NCBI RefSeq assembly: GCF_003918875.1
Contig: NW_025766980.1
Span: 1,922,001-1,986,000 of the forward strand
DNA: 64,000 nt
Reading direction: 5' to 3'
From: Haliotis rubra
Taxonomy: Eukaryota
Part shown: in pieces, positions 25,701-37,700 of the stretch
Numbering within the stretch: position 1 is the stretch's first letter
Layout of the letters: every line of letters begins with the position of its first letter
Made by a program: the position numbers and the translations under genes
Notes under the pieces: generated by a model
Seen by the model: only the letters and a program-made list of their open reading frames with translations
Database searches by the model: none
What the model was told of the DNA's origin: nothing

Positions 25701-28700
25701 GTTGAAACGCTCCGGCCATACCATTACCTTGAGGGTGATATGGCGCCGTTCTTGTCTTCTTTATCCCAGTAAGTTGGCAGAGTTCTCTGATGATGTTGCC
25801 CTCGAAGTTCCTCTCTTGGTCACTGTGGAGTTTAGCCGGAATCCATAATGTACTAGAAAATTGTCAAACAGTACTCTCGCTGTGGTCTTGGCTGATTGGT
25901 TACGAAGCTGGGATGGCAATAGCATCGCGAAAGTAAAATGATCCGTGATCACAAGGATATTCTCGTAGCCTCCTTTGGATTCTTCAAGCTTGAGATAGTC
26001 CAAACAGAAAAGTTCCATGGGCTGTGAAGTGTGGATGCTTATAAGTGATGCCGGCTTTCACAGTGGTTTTGCACTTGCGCCGGACACAATTACCACAGTT
26101 CTTAATGTACTTCTCAACATCCTCAGACATTCCAGTCCAGAAAAACCTTGATCTCACAAGATGGAGAGTTCTGTCGCTGGGCCCTGGTGTCCTGAGTTGT
26201 CATGGAGAGACTGAAGTATTTCCTGTATCTTGTTCCTTGGTAGAACTAGCTGATGTTCAATACCTTCGATGTTGTTAATTCGCCTGAACAAGATCCCATC
26301 CTTGAGAAACAACTTGTCCCTGTCCTGAAGTAATCTTCTCACTGTAGGATCCTCAAGTGACCGCTGACGCTGTGAGCTTAACTCCTTCCTTGATGAGATG
26401 GATTACACGCCCAAGATGTTGATCACTGAGTTGTTCCTTCTTCCAGGACAGTGATGTAGGGGTCAATGGAATTATGTCATCTGGGCAAACAACTTTTTCA
26501 TCACAAGATAAGCTTTCTGCAGCAATGCAGGAGGTGCAATGAACTTGGCAGATGGCCTTGATAGATTGGGGTTCGATATGAGACTCCTTGCTGTCCGAAA
26601 GTAGTCTGGCCTTCTTGACAATCCATCGGCATCCATGTTGGTGTTGCCTGCACGATAGGTAATGATGAAGTCGTGATGCTGAGAGAGCAGCGAGCCACCT
26701 GTGTCCAGTGGCATCAAGCTTGGCTGATGTCAAGACGTGGGTAAGTAAGAGGGTTGTTATCTGTCTTGACCTCGAACTTGTTTCCATACAGGTACTCATG
26801 AAACTTATCCGTAACGCCCATTTGAGTGCTAAAACTCAAGCTTGTGTGCAGGATAGTTCCTCTCGCTTCTTCCTGAGTCCTCTACTTGCATATGCATTAC
26901 TCTCATCTTGTCATCCTGCTTCTGGTAGAGAACTGCTCCCAGTCCATCAGCACTGGCATCAGTGTGGACCTCAAGGGGAGAGCGTTAATCAGCATACGCT
27001 AAGATTGGCGGTGACGTGAGGTGCTGGATCAGGACATCAAAAGCTTTTGTTGCTCATCATTCCACTTCCAGTTAGGATCAGGTTTAGAGCTTCGCCTCTT
27101 CTTCTTTGGTTGGTCTGTCAAGAGATCGTTGAGGGTCTTGCAATCCGAGAGAAATCCTTCACAAAACGCGGTAATACCCAGTGAAGCCTAGAAATCTTCT
27201 AACGTCATGCACATTGGTTGGTACGGGCCAATTCTTTAGTGCTGATACCTTCTCTGGATCCGCTCTCTATCCCGCTGCAAGATACAACATGCCCAAGGTA
27301 TGTTACGCTTATCCCTGAATAACTCACACTTGGAAGGCTTTAGCTTGAGGCCGCTTGTCTTTCAGTCGTTGGAATACTGCTTCAAGACGCTCCAAGTGTT
27401 CCTCAAATGTAGTTGAGAAGATAATGATGTCATCCAGGTAAATTAGACACTCCTTGAGGTTGAGATCTCCCATACATTTCTCCATTAGACGCTGGAAGGT
27501 GGCAGGTGCATTGGTCAGTCCGAACGGGTATTCGATTGCATTCATAAAATCCGAAAGTGGACCGGCTGAAAAGGCAGTCTTGTGCTTGTCTTCTTCTTTT
27601 AGTTCCACTTGCCAGTATCCTGAGCATAAGTCCAACTTAGAAAACATGGATGCTCCTGACAGACAATCTAAGGTTTCATCGATCCTGGGGATGGAATAAG
27701 CGTCCTTAACCGCCTGTTGGTTAATCCGGTGAAAATCCAGACATAGACGAGAGACTTGTCTTTCTTCCTCACCAGAACTATGTTAGACGAGAAAGGACTA
27801 CTTAGACTCACCTAATGGCTCCACATGTCAACATCTCATGAAGGTGTTCCCTGACTTCCTCAAACATTCCAGGTGGAATTCGCCGGGTGAGGTTCCTTGA
27901 AAGGAGTATCGTCAATGAGGTTGATCTCATGTTGCACAGCTGTGGTGTGTCCCAAATCAATGAGGCTCTTTGACATGATGCAGTTCCATCTTGAAAGCAT
28001 AGTCAAGGCTTCGGCCCCTCTGTCCATCGGGTGAGACAACTGTCCGAGAGGTCAAAGTCCACTGGTGAGGTATGAGTCTCCTGGATGGTGTTGGTCTTTG
28101 TTGGCAGAGCATCGACAGGTACTTCACTGAGCACTCGAACCCTCGTGAAGCTGACAGAGTCTGGTCTTGGCGGGTATACTGATGATCCTGGCTGACATGT
28201 TGCAAATGCTAACAGGAACCCTGGAGGAGTTACCTCGCTTACCTATTTCAACGAGTCTTGGGTAAACTGAGAGTCCTGTCCGAAGGTCAGAGTCCAAGTC
28301 ATGGTGTTCGGTGATAGCTGTGGCTCTTCCAGGCTGATGATGCACAAGTCCAGCGATGGTCATCATCTGGTTTGGTTGAAGGTGGATCGGCGTCTTGTTA
28401 GTAGATCTTACTTGTCCAGTGATTCCATTAGCTTGCGAACGTAATGCAGTAAGCCAAGAGGCTGGTATGGTGTTATCTACAGGTACCAAGAATCTCTCCA
28501 CAAGATCTATGACGTTGGTTCCGATCACTAGTGGTACTCGCCTGTTGTACTCTGTGTCTCTGGTGACTAGTAGAACAATGTCCAACTCCTTGTCAATGAA
28601 GGGGATGTAGATCTTGGCCTCCAAATATCCTGAGTATGGAAGGATGTTATCGCCTGCACCCATTACTTCGATCTCAAAGTCCTTGAGCTGTCGTAGTGGA

Positions 28701-31700
28701 AGATGAGTAAGGCATGACGCGTGGTATCCCTCAGATACAGTTGAAACCATAGATCCTGGATCAATCAAGGCTGGACAGTTGATTCTTCTCTATGTCGATA
28801 ACTGCCTCGTTGGCTTTGCCGACCATCCGGCCGATGTAAATCTGATAAGGGGCTAGTAGTTCCCTCAGCCTCAGCATGCCCCGCAGCAGTAGGCTGGATT
28901 AGTTTAAAGAATCCTTATCTTCCTTCGAGTATACTTGACCTCGACCACGTCCTCTTCTTCCTCTACCTCGAGTCCGTTGTGGCTGAAGGGAGTACTGTTG
29001 TTGCTGGGTCTCGTGGGTTTCCAATGCCTTCAGTCTGTCCAGAATCTGCTGGAGAAGATGACTGTCTGTAGACGGTTTCTTGGATGCCAATTCCAACTTC
29101 TCAAGCCTTTTGTAATGTCGGACAGCTGTCGAAAGCACTTTGATCCTGAGGAGAGGAAGTAGATCCTTCTAGTGGTTGTGAGAATCCTAATGTTTGAGGT
29201 TGGTGCTGACTACGACTGGGTCTTGGCTTGACAGGCTGGCTGTTGTTGATTTCCTGTTCAATCAGTCGAACGGTCTGTAGTAGTGTGTGAAATCCATCGA
29301 CGAAGTAAAAAGCATGACGTGTTGCATCCTTCAATGCCAGATTCCTCAACCCTGTCCAGAACCGATTCCGTAGCATGGCCTGTCTTGCTTGTGTATCCAA
29401 GTAAGACCCTCTATCGTACACACTCTGTAGGATGTCCTCAAGCCTGATTCCCCATGAAGCCACTGTCTCCTAATCCTTCTGAGTTGCCTGATGAAACTGT
29501 TGAAGAAGCTGTTCGGCCGTGATAATGGTTCCGTGAGGGCCCCCTCCAAACGCTGTAGAATATCTGTGACTGTAGCATATTCTCCTAGAGTAACTAACAC
29601 ACGAGCGGCATCTCCTCTGAGTGACTTCCCACAGCTTGCATAAGAGTTGAAGATGTAATGCTGTCATCCCTCATCAAGCAACGAATCTCAAACTTCCAGT
29701 TCTCGAAAGTTGTCTCCCCTTTCTGCACTGGCTCTTCACCTGAGAAGGCTGAAATCCTGAGTAGCGGCTGAAGTGTAGGCCATGGTGCAGGTGGATAGGT
29801 TGAAGGAGGGAAAGGAAACGATCCTGGTGTTGGGACATAAGATGGAAAACTAGGTGTGGAAAAGTTTCTTGAGTGTGGTGTAGAAGAAGTGGGTACGGAG
29901 CGAATGGTGTATTTCCCAGTCCCCTGAAGATAGGTCAACATCCTGGCTTCGTCCTCTTCGGAAATACCCTCGGACTTGATCTCCCAATCTTCACCACCTT
30001 GAGCCATGTTGTCCTCGATCCGTGATATAACGAGTGAAAGGTAAACACCAATGACCAGCAAAGAAAAGTATGAAGCGTTTACTGGTTTATACAACCACGA
30101 GTAGACCCAGCAGGGTAACTACGGTAGTAACATATAAACTATGCTGATACTATTACGCTAGGTAAAGTATCTGCTGTGCACAAACAGTAAACAAGGAATA
30201 GCAAACATGGAGGGAAGCATGAATGTATCTGTGATAGAATATGCTCTGATATTGCAGAGTGTATGATACTGTGTGCGGTATACCAAGGTGTGAAGCAAGA
30301 GCTAAACGCAAGCGCAACTCTAAGAGTTACTACGGTAATAAATGCTAAGGGTGTGCAGAGAGTATAAAACTTGCACAAGTGTGCAAATGCAAACTTGAGC
30401 ACCCAACAGAAACAAACTTACCCAAGGCAAAAAGCAAACAACACCATGAGAAAGAAACACAACGCCAGTTGATACGAAGCAAAGGGGAGGCAATCGCCTA
30501 TAGCATAGGGCTTAGGAAGCACTATAAGATAGGAAAATGGAAAAGACCCTAAGTATATTATCCTAACAGTTTATAAGATTAACAAACGCGACGAGATCGG
30601 GTAAGGACGCGAAATGTTAACGCGAGTGCATGGCTGTATAATTAGTGCAAATGAAAATAACTGACGATACACACAAGCAAACATAAAATGTAAACAATCA
30701 ACTATTGCACTAAGTCAAGTCAACACACTAATATAATACTTAAGCATGCATTGTCGCTTTTACAGACAATATAGGTAGCTTGATTATTTATAAATATAAC
30801 TAATATATCTAACAAATTGAATTAATCTAACCAATTACACTAATCTAACTAATTCAACTAGTCTAACTAATTAAACTAATCTAACTAATTACACCAATCT
30901 AACTAATTAAACTAATCTAACTAATATGATGAAGTCAAGTTATGTAAATATTGCACAGTTATGTGAAATTCAATGCATTCATGCAATATTATGGCATGTA
31001 GACAAATGTCAATAGTATGAATACAACTGATCCATGAAATCAATGCTATGAATATAGCAAATTCATGGATATAAATGGAATGTCACATATAAAATGCACT
31101 TTAGCAGCTGAATGTCTCCCAATGTCTCACTGATGATCACTGATATCACACGTTTATCACAGTCTTGTTTAGAGTGTCACATGTATATATGGATATCACA
31201 GATAAGGTGTAGAATATATAAGATGTAAAGTGTCTTATCACAGTCAAATAGAAGTTGATATATACACACACGAAATCACTGAGCGCAAATCTCACGTATC
31301 TGACGATCCTTGAAGATGACGTCCAGGTGAGCTGTACCGTGAGGGTGTCGTGGATGATATCGTGGGTTGTTCTTGGTTCTGCTTGGCACTGGTTGACGGC
31401 GATGTTATGATGAACCCCGTCTCTGTTCGGGCGCCAATTGTCGCAGGTTCTGGTCTTGAGATGTCCCAAGGACAATAATTGATGAGACGGGGAACGTCGC
31501 TTAAGATATGCACCAGTTTATTGCCTGTGAAATATGAACATTACAACATGAGAAAGATGTTGTATGCGTCCGACATGGTCGGATGGTGACATGAAAGTCG
31601 TATATATCTTATATGAATACATCGGCAATAAACAATACAATTATAGATATAAGATTGGTATATAATAGTTATGCTATAATTGTATAATTGATAAAATATA

Positions 31701-34700
31701 TATGACGTCACGCATAAGCGTTTCGTCCGGGATATTTACAATTGATGTGACGTCACGCATTAGCGATCAGTTAAAATTATATACAACTGATGATTTAGTA
31801 TACTGTAGATATAAAATCATAATTATTGATCATTCACACACTGTCTTACATGCAATGCTAGTGCTTTAAGCTAGTAAGTGATCCTTTAGAAAGTTTACAA
31901 ATAAGTGATCCAATTACTAACTTAAGATATATGTTATTACTATGTTGATGACAATAATATATATACTAGCAATGATATAGATGTAGAAAGAATATATGTA
32001 GAGAGGGTGCTTACCTGTGAAATATGAACATTACAACATGAGAAAGATGTTGTATGCGTCCGACATGGTCGGATGGTGACATGAAAGTGTCACACGTCAC
32101 AGGCATGAAACGCACGAGATTTGGCGGGTTAGCCAAATACGGGTGGCACGTACAACTCTCTACATATAGCCAGTGGAGAAGCAGCCCTCTGTTGAAATAA
32201 AAGGGAAATAGAAGGCTGTCGGCGACATATTCCCCCCCTTTGGAAAATGGTGTCCTCAACATTTATAGAACAAAGGACATGGTCAACAATGAGAGAGGAA
32301 AATGACCAAACAGGGATATTGATGAAAATATCCCCAACTGAATTAGTTAAGCTTTTAATGACACGTATGCTTTTGAAAGGAACACCAAATAACGGAAAAC
32401 AAAACACCTGGTACTCCTATGAAAGCTCGTAAGGTTTCAATGATCAGGAAATCATTGAAAGAAACTGACAAACCAACTGAACAAACCAACTAAACTATGT
32501 ACAAGAACTTCAAACAAAAAAAACTTCTTCCTCTTCCGGCGCTTCTGTTACGAACGACGGCCCCGAAGTTTGTCACCCACTGATCACTCTGCATCCAGGC
32601 TGGACGGGTTCTGAGTCGGGTAGGCCTCCCCGACTCCAGAGCGTCCATCTGGGCAGGTGATGCAGGTTGAACGCTGATGACAGGAGGGGTTGCATCTTCT
32701 GGTTCCACAGCAGTACTTGAGGGCGGCGTTGAAGTCGACCTTTCCGGAACGGAAATACTGGCAGGGGGGATAACTGTATCAGCTGCTGGCTCTGTGGTCT
32801 CTGGCTGGCTTCCAGAAGATCCTGAGGGTGGACGAGAAGCATTAGCAGCACTTGGAATCAAATTCGTGGCTCTGGTTTGACTCCTCAGTCTGGGCAGCAG
32901 TATGATCTCCTCTTCATCCTGACTGTCTTCTTCGGATCTGTCTGAAGCTTGAAACTCCTTCACTCGAAGTGATACCGATTTCTTGCTTCTTCTAGATTGG
33001 CGTCGTTCTGTCCTGGGCGTGTCTTGTTGGAGGGAAACAGATTCCAGTGGCAGGAGCATGTTGCGGTGGAGAGTCTTCATTGGCCCCTGGCCACTCTCTT
33101 GCTTCAAAGTGTAGACGGGAATGTCCTCGTTGGGTTGTTTCACAATGACATAGACGTTTTTCCCCCACTTGTTGGCAAGCTTGTTCCTTCCTGTAAGTCC
33201 GACAAGTCGCACCAGAACACGATCATTTGGTTGTAGAAAGGACTCTCTCACTTTCTTGTCGTAATGTTGTTTGTAGCGTTGTCCTGCCTTCCTAGATTCC
33301 TTGGAGGCTATGTTGTACGCAAACTGTAGCCGCTTCTTGAGGTTGTTAGCGTATTGAGTACAGGTAGCTTGTCCTTGTCCAAGGTCGAATCCAAGAAAGG
33401 CGTCCACTGGGAGTCGAGGGTGTCGTCCAAACATGAGGTAGAAGGGAGGTACTCTCGTGACTTGTGGCATTGTAGGAATGAACGAGAGCAGGTACATAAG
33501 TTTTCCAGTCACTCTTCTTCTCTTCATCCAGGGTACCCATCATGTTCATCAGTCTGGTTGAAACGTTCCGTCATACCATTACCTTGAGGGTGATATGGCG
33601 TCGTTCTTGTCTTCTTTATCCCAGTAAGTTGGCAGAGTTCTCTGATGATGTTGCCCTCGAAGTTCCTCTCTTGGTCACTGTGGAGTTTAGCCGGGAATCC
33701 ATAATGTACTAGAAAATTGTCAAACAGTACTCTCGCTGTGGTCTTGGCTGATTGGTTACGAGTTGGGATGGCAATAGCATCGCGAGTAAAATGATCCGTG
33801 ATCACAAGGATATTCTCGTAGCCTCCTTTGGATTCTTCAAGCTTGAGATAGTCCAAACAGAAAAGTTCCATGGGCTGTGAAGTGTGGATGCTTATAAGTG
33901 ATGCGGCTTTCACAGTGGTTTTGCACTTGCGTCGGACACAATTACCACAGTTCTTAATGTACTTCTCAACATCCTCAGACATTCCAGTCCAGAAAAACCT
34001 TGATCTCACAAGATGGAGAGTTCTGTCGCGTCCCTGGTGTCCTGAGTTGTCATGGAGAGACTGAAGTATTTCCTGTATCTTGTTCCTTGGTAGAACTAGC
34101 TGATGTTCAATACCTTCGATGTTGTTAATTCGTCTGAACAAGATCCCATCCTTGAGAAACAACTTGTCCCTGTCCTGAAGTAATCTTCTCACTGTAGGAT
34201 CCTCAAGTGACCGCTGACGTGCTGTGAGCTTAACTCCTTCCTTGATGAGATGGATTACACGTCCAAGATGTTGATCACTGAGTTGTTCCTTCTTCCAGGA
34301 CAGTGATGTAGGGGTCAATGGAATTATGTCATCTGGGCAAACAACTTTTTCATCACAAGATAAGCTTTCTGCAGCAATGCAGGAGGTGCAATGAACTTGG
34401 CAGATGGCCTTGATAGATTGGGGTTCGATATGAGACTCCTTGCTGTCCGAGTAGTCTGGCCTTCTTGACAATCCATCGGCATCCATGTTGGTGTTGCCTG
34501 CACGATAGGTAATGATGAAGTCGTATGCTGAGAGAGCAGCGAGCCACCTGTGTCCAGTGGCATCAAGCTTGGCTGATGTCAAGACGTAGGTAAGAGGGTT
34601 GTTATCTGTCTTGACCTCGAACTTGTTTCCATACAGGTACTCATGAAACTTATCCGTAACGGCCCATTTGAGTGCTAAAAACTCAAGCTTGTGTGCAGGA

Positions 34701-37700
34701 TAGTTCCTCTCGCTCTTCCTGAGTCCTCTACTTGCATATGCGATTACTCTCATCTTGTCATCCTGCTTCTGGTAGAGAACTGCTCCCAGTCCATCAGCAC
34801 TGGCATCAGTGTGGACCTCTCCGAAAGGGAGAGCGTAATCAGCATACGCTAAGATTGGCGGTGACGTGAGGTGCTGGATCAGGACATCAAAAGCTTTTTG
34901 TTGCTCATCATTCCACTTCCAGTTAGGATCAGGTTTAGAGCTTCGTCTCTTCTTCTTTGGTTGGTCTGTCAAGAGATCGTTGAGGGGTCTTGCAATCCGA
35001 GAGAAATCCTTCACAAAACGGCGGTAATACCCAGTGAAGCCTAGAAATCTTCTAACGTCATGCACATTGGTTGGTACGGGCCAATTCTTTGAGTGCTGAT
35101 ACCTTCTCTGGATCCGTCTCTATCCTGTTGCAAGATACAACATGCCCAAGGTATGTTCGCGATCCCTGAATAACTCACACTTGGAAGGCTTTAGCTTGAG
35201 GCCGTTGTCTTTCAGTCGTTGGAATACTGCTTCAAGACGCTCCAAGTGTTCCTCAAATGTAGTTGAGAAGATAATGATGTCATCCAGGTAAATTAGACAC
35301 TCCTTGAGGTTGAGATCTCCCATACATTTCTCCATTAGACGCTGGAAGGTGGCAGGTGCATTGGTCAGTCCGAACGGCATTGATTGCATTCATAAAATCC
35401 GAGTGGACCGGCTGAAAAGGCAGTCTTGTGCTTGTCTTCTTCTTTTTAGTTCCACTTGCCAGTATCCTGAGCATAAGTCCAACTTAGAAAACATGGATGC
35501 TCCTGACAGACAATCTAAGGTTTCATCGATCCTGGGGATGGAATAAAGCGTCCTTAACCGTCTGTTGGTTAATCCGGCGAAAATCCAGACATAGATGCAG
35601 AGACTTGTCTTCTTCCTCACCAGAACTATGTTAGGCGAGAAAGGACTACGAGACTCACGAATGGCTCCACATGTCAACATCTCATGAAGGTGTTCCCTGA
35701 CTTCCTCAAACATTCCAGGTGGAATTCGTCGGTGAGGTTCCTTGAAAGGAGTATCGTCAATGAGGTTGATCTCATGTTGCACAGCTGTGGTGTGTCCCAA
35801 ATCAATGAGGCTCTTTGACATGATGCAGTTCCATCTTGAAAGCATAGTCAAGGCTTCGTCCCTCTGTCCATCGGTGAGACAACTGTCCGAGAGGTCAAAG
35901 TCCACTGGTGAGGTATGAGTCTCCTGGATGGTGTTGGTCTTTGTTGGCAGAGCATCGACAGGTACTTCACTGAGCACTCGAACCTCGTGAAGCTGACAGA
36001 GTCTGGTCTTGGCGGGTATACTGATGATCCTGGCTGACATGTTGCAAATGCGAACAGGAACCCTGGAGGAGTTACCTCGCTTACCTATTTCAACGAGTCT
36101 TGGGCAAACTGAGAGTCCTGTCCGAAGGTCAGAGTCCAAGTCATGGTGTTCGGTGATAGCTGTGGCTCTTCCAGGCTGATGATGCACAAGTCCAGCGATG
36201 GTCATCATCTGGTTTGGTTGAAGGTGGATCGGCGTCTTGTTAGTAGATCTTACTTGTCCAGTGATTCCATTAGCTTGCGAACGTAATGCAGTAAGCCAAG
36301 AGGCTGGTATGGTGTTATCTACAGGTACCAAGAATCTCTCCACAAGATCTATGGCGTTGGTTCCGATCACTAGTGGTACTTTCGCCTGTTGTACTCTGTG
36401 TCTCTGGTGACTAGTAGAACAATGTCCAACTCCTTGTCAATGAAGGGATGTAGATCTTGGCCTCCAAATATCCTGAGTATGGAAGGATGTTATAAGCCTG
36501 CACCCATTACTTCGATCTCAAAGTCCTTGAGCTGTCGTAGTGGAAGATGAGTAAGGCATGGCGCAGCGTGGTATCCCTCAGATACAGTTGAAACCATAGA
36601 TCCTGGATCAATCAAGGCTGGACAGTTGATTCTCTCTATGTCGATAACTGCCTCGTTGGCTTTGCCGACCATCCGTCGATGTAAATCTGATAAGGGGCTA
36701 GTAGTTCCCTCAGCCTCAGCATGCCCCGCAGCAGTAGGCTGGATTAGTTTAAAGAATCCTTATCTTCCTTCGAGTATACTTGACCTCGACCACGTCCTCT
36801 TCTTCCTCTACCTCGAGTCCGTTGTGGCTGAAGGGAGTACTGTTGTTGCTGGGTCTCGTGGGTTTCCAATGCCTTCAGTCTGTCCAGAATCTGCTGGAGA
36901 AGATGACTGTCTGTAGGCGGTTTCTTGGATGCCAATTCCAACTTCTCAAGCCTTTTTGTAATGTCGGACAGCTGTCGAGGCACTTTGATCCTGAGGAGAG
37001 GGAAGTAGATCCTTCTAGTGGTTGTGAGAATCCTAATGTTTGAGGTTGGTGCTGACTACTGACTGGGTCTTGGCTTGACAGGCTGGCTGTTGTTGATTTC
37101 CTGTTCAATCAGTCGAGCGGTCTGTAGTAGTGTGTGGAAATCCATCGGCGAGTAAAAGCATGGCGTGTTGCATCCTTCAATGCCAGATTCCTCAACCCTG
37201 TCCAGAACGATTCCGTAGCATGGCCTGTCTTGCTTGTGTATCCAAGTAAGACCCTCTCGTCACACACACTCTGTAGGATGTCCTCAAGCCTGATTCCCCA
37301 TGAAGCCACTGTCTCCGAATCCTTCTGAGTTGCCTGATGAAACTGTTGAAGAAGCTGTTAGGCCGTGATAATGGTTCCGTGGGGGCCCTCCAAGCGCTGT
37401 AGAATATCTGTGACTGTAGCATATTCTCCTAGAGTAACTAACACACGAGCGGCATCTCCTCTGAGTGACTTCCTCACAGCTTGCATAAGAGTTGAAGATG
37501 TAATGCTGTCATCCCTCATCAAACAACGAATCTCAAACTTCCAGTTCTCGAAAGTTGTCTCCCCTTTCTGCACCTGGCTCTTCACCTGAAGGCTGAAATC
37601 CTGAGTAAGCGGCTGAAGTGTGGAGGCCATGGTGCAGGTGGATAGGTTGAAGGAGGGGAAAGGAAGCGATCCTGGTGTTGGGACATAAGATGGAAAACTA

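Noticed and set aside
30139-30402. Hydrophobic ORF in the Gypsy leader as a possible env or extra gene
   Set aside because: Non-ATG start, U-rich composition, frame not conserved between the copies, and upstream of gag rather than after pol
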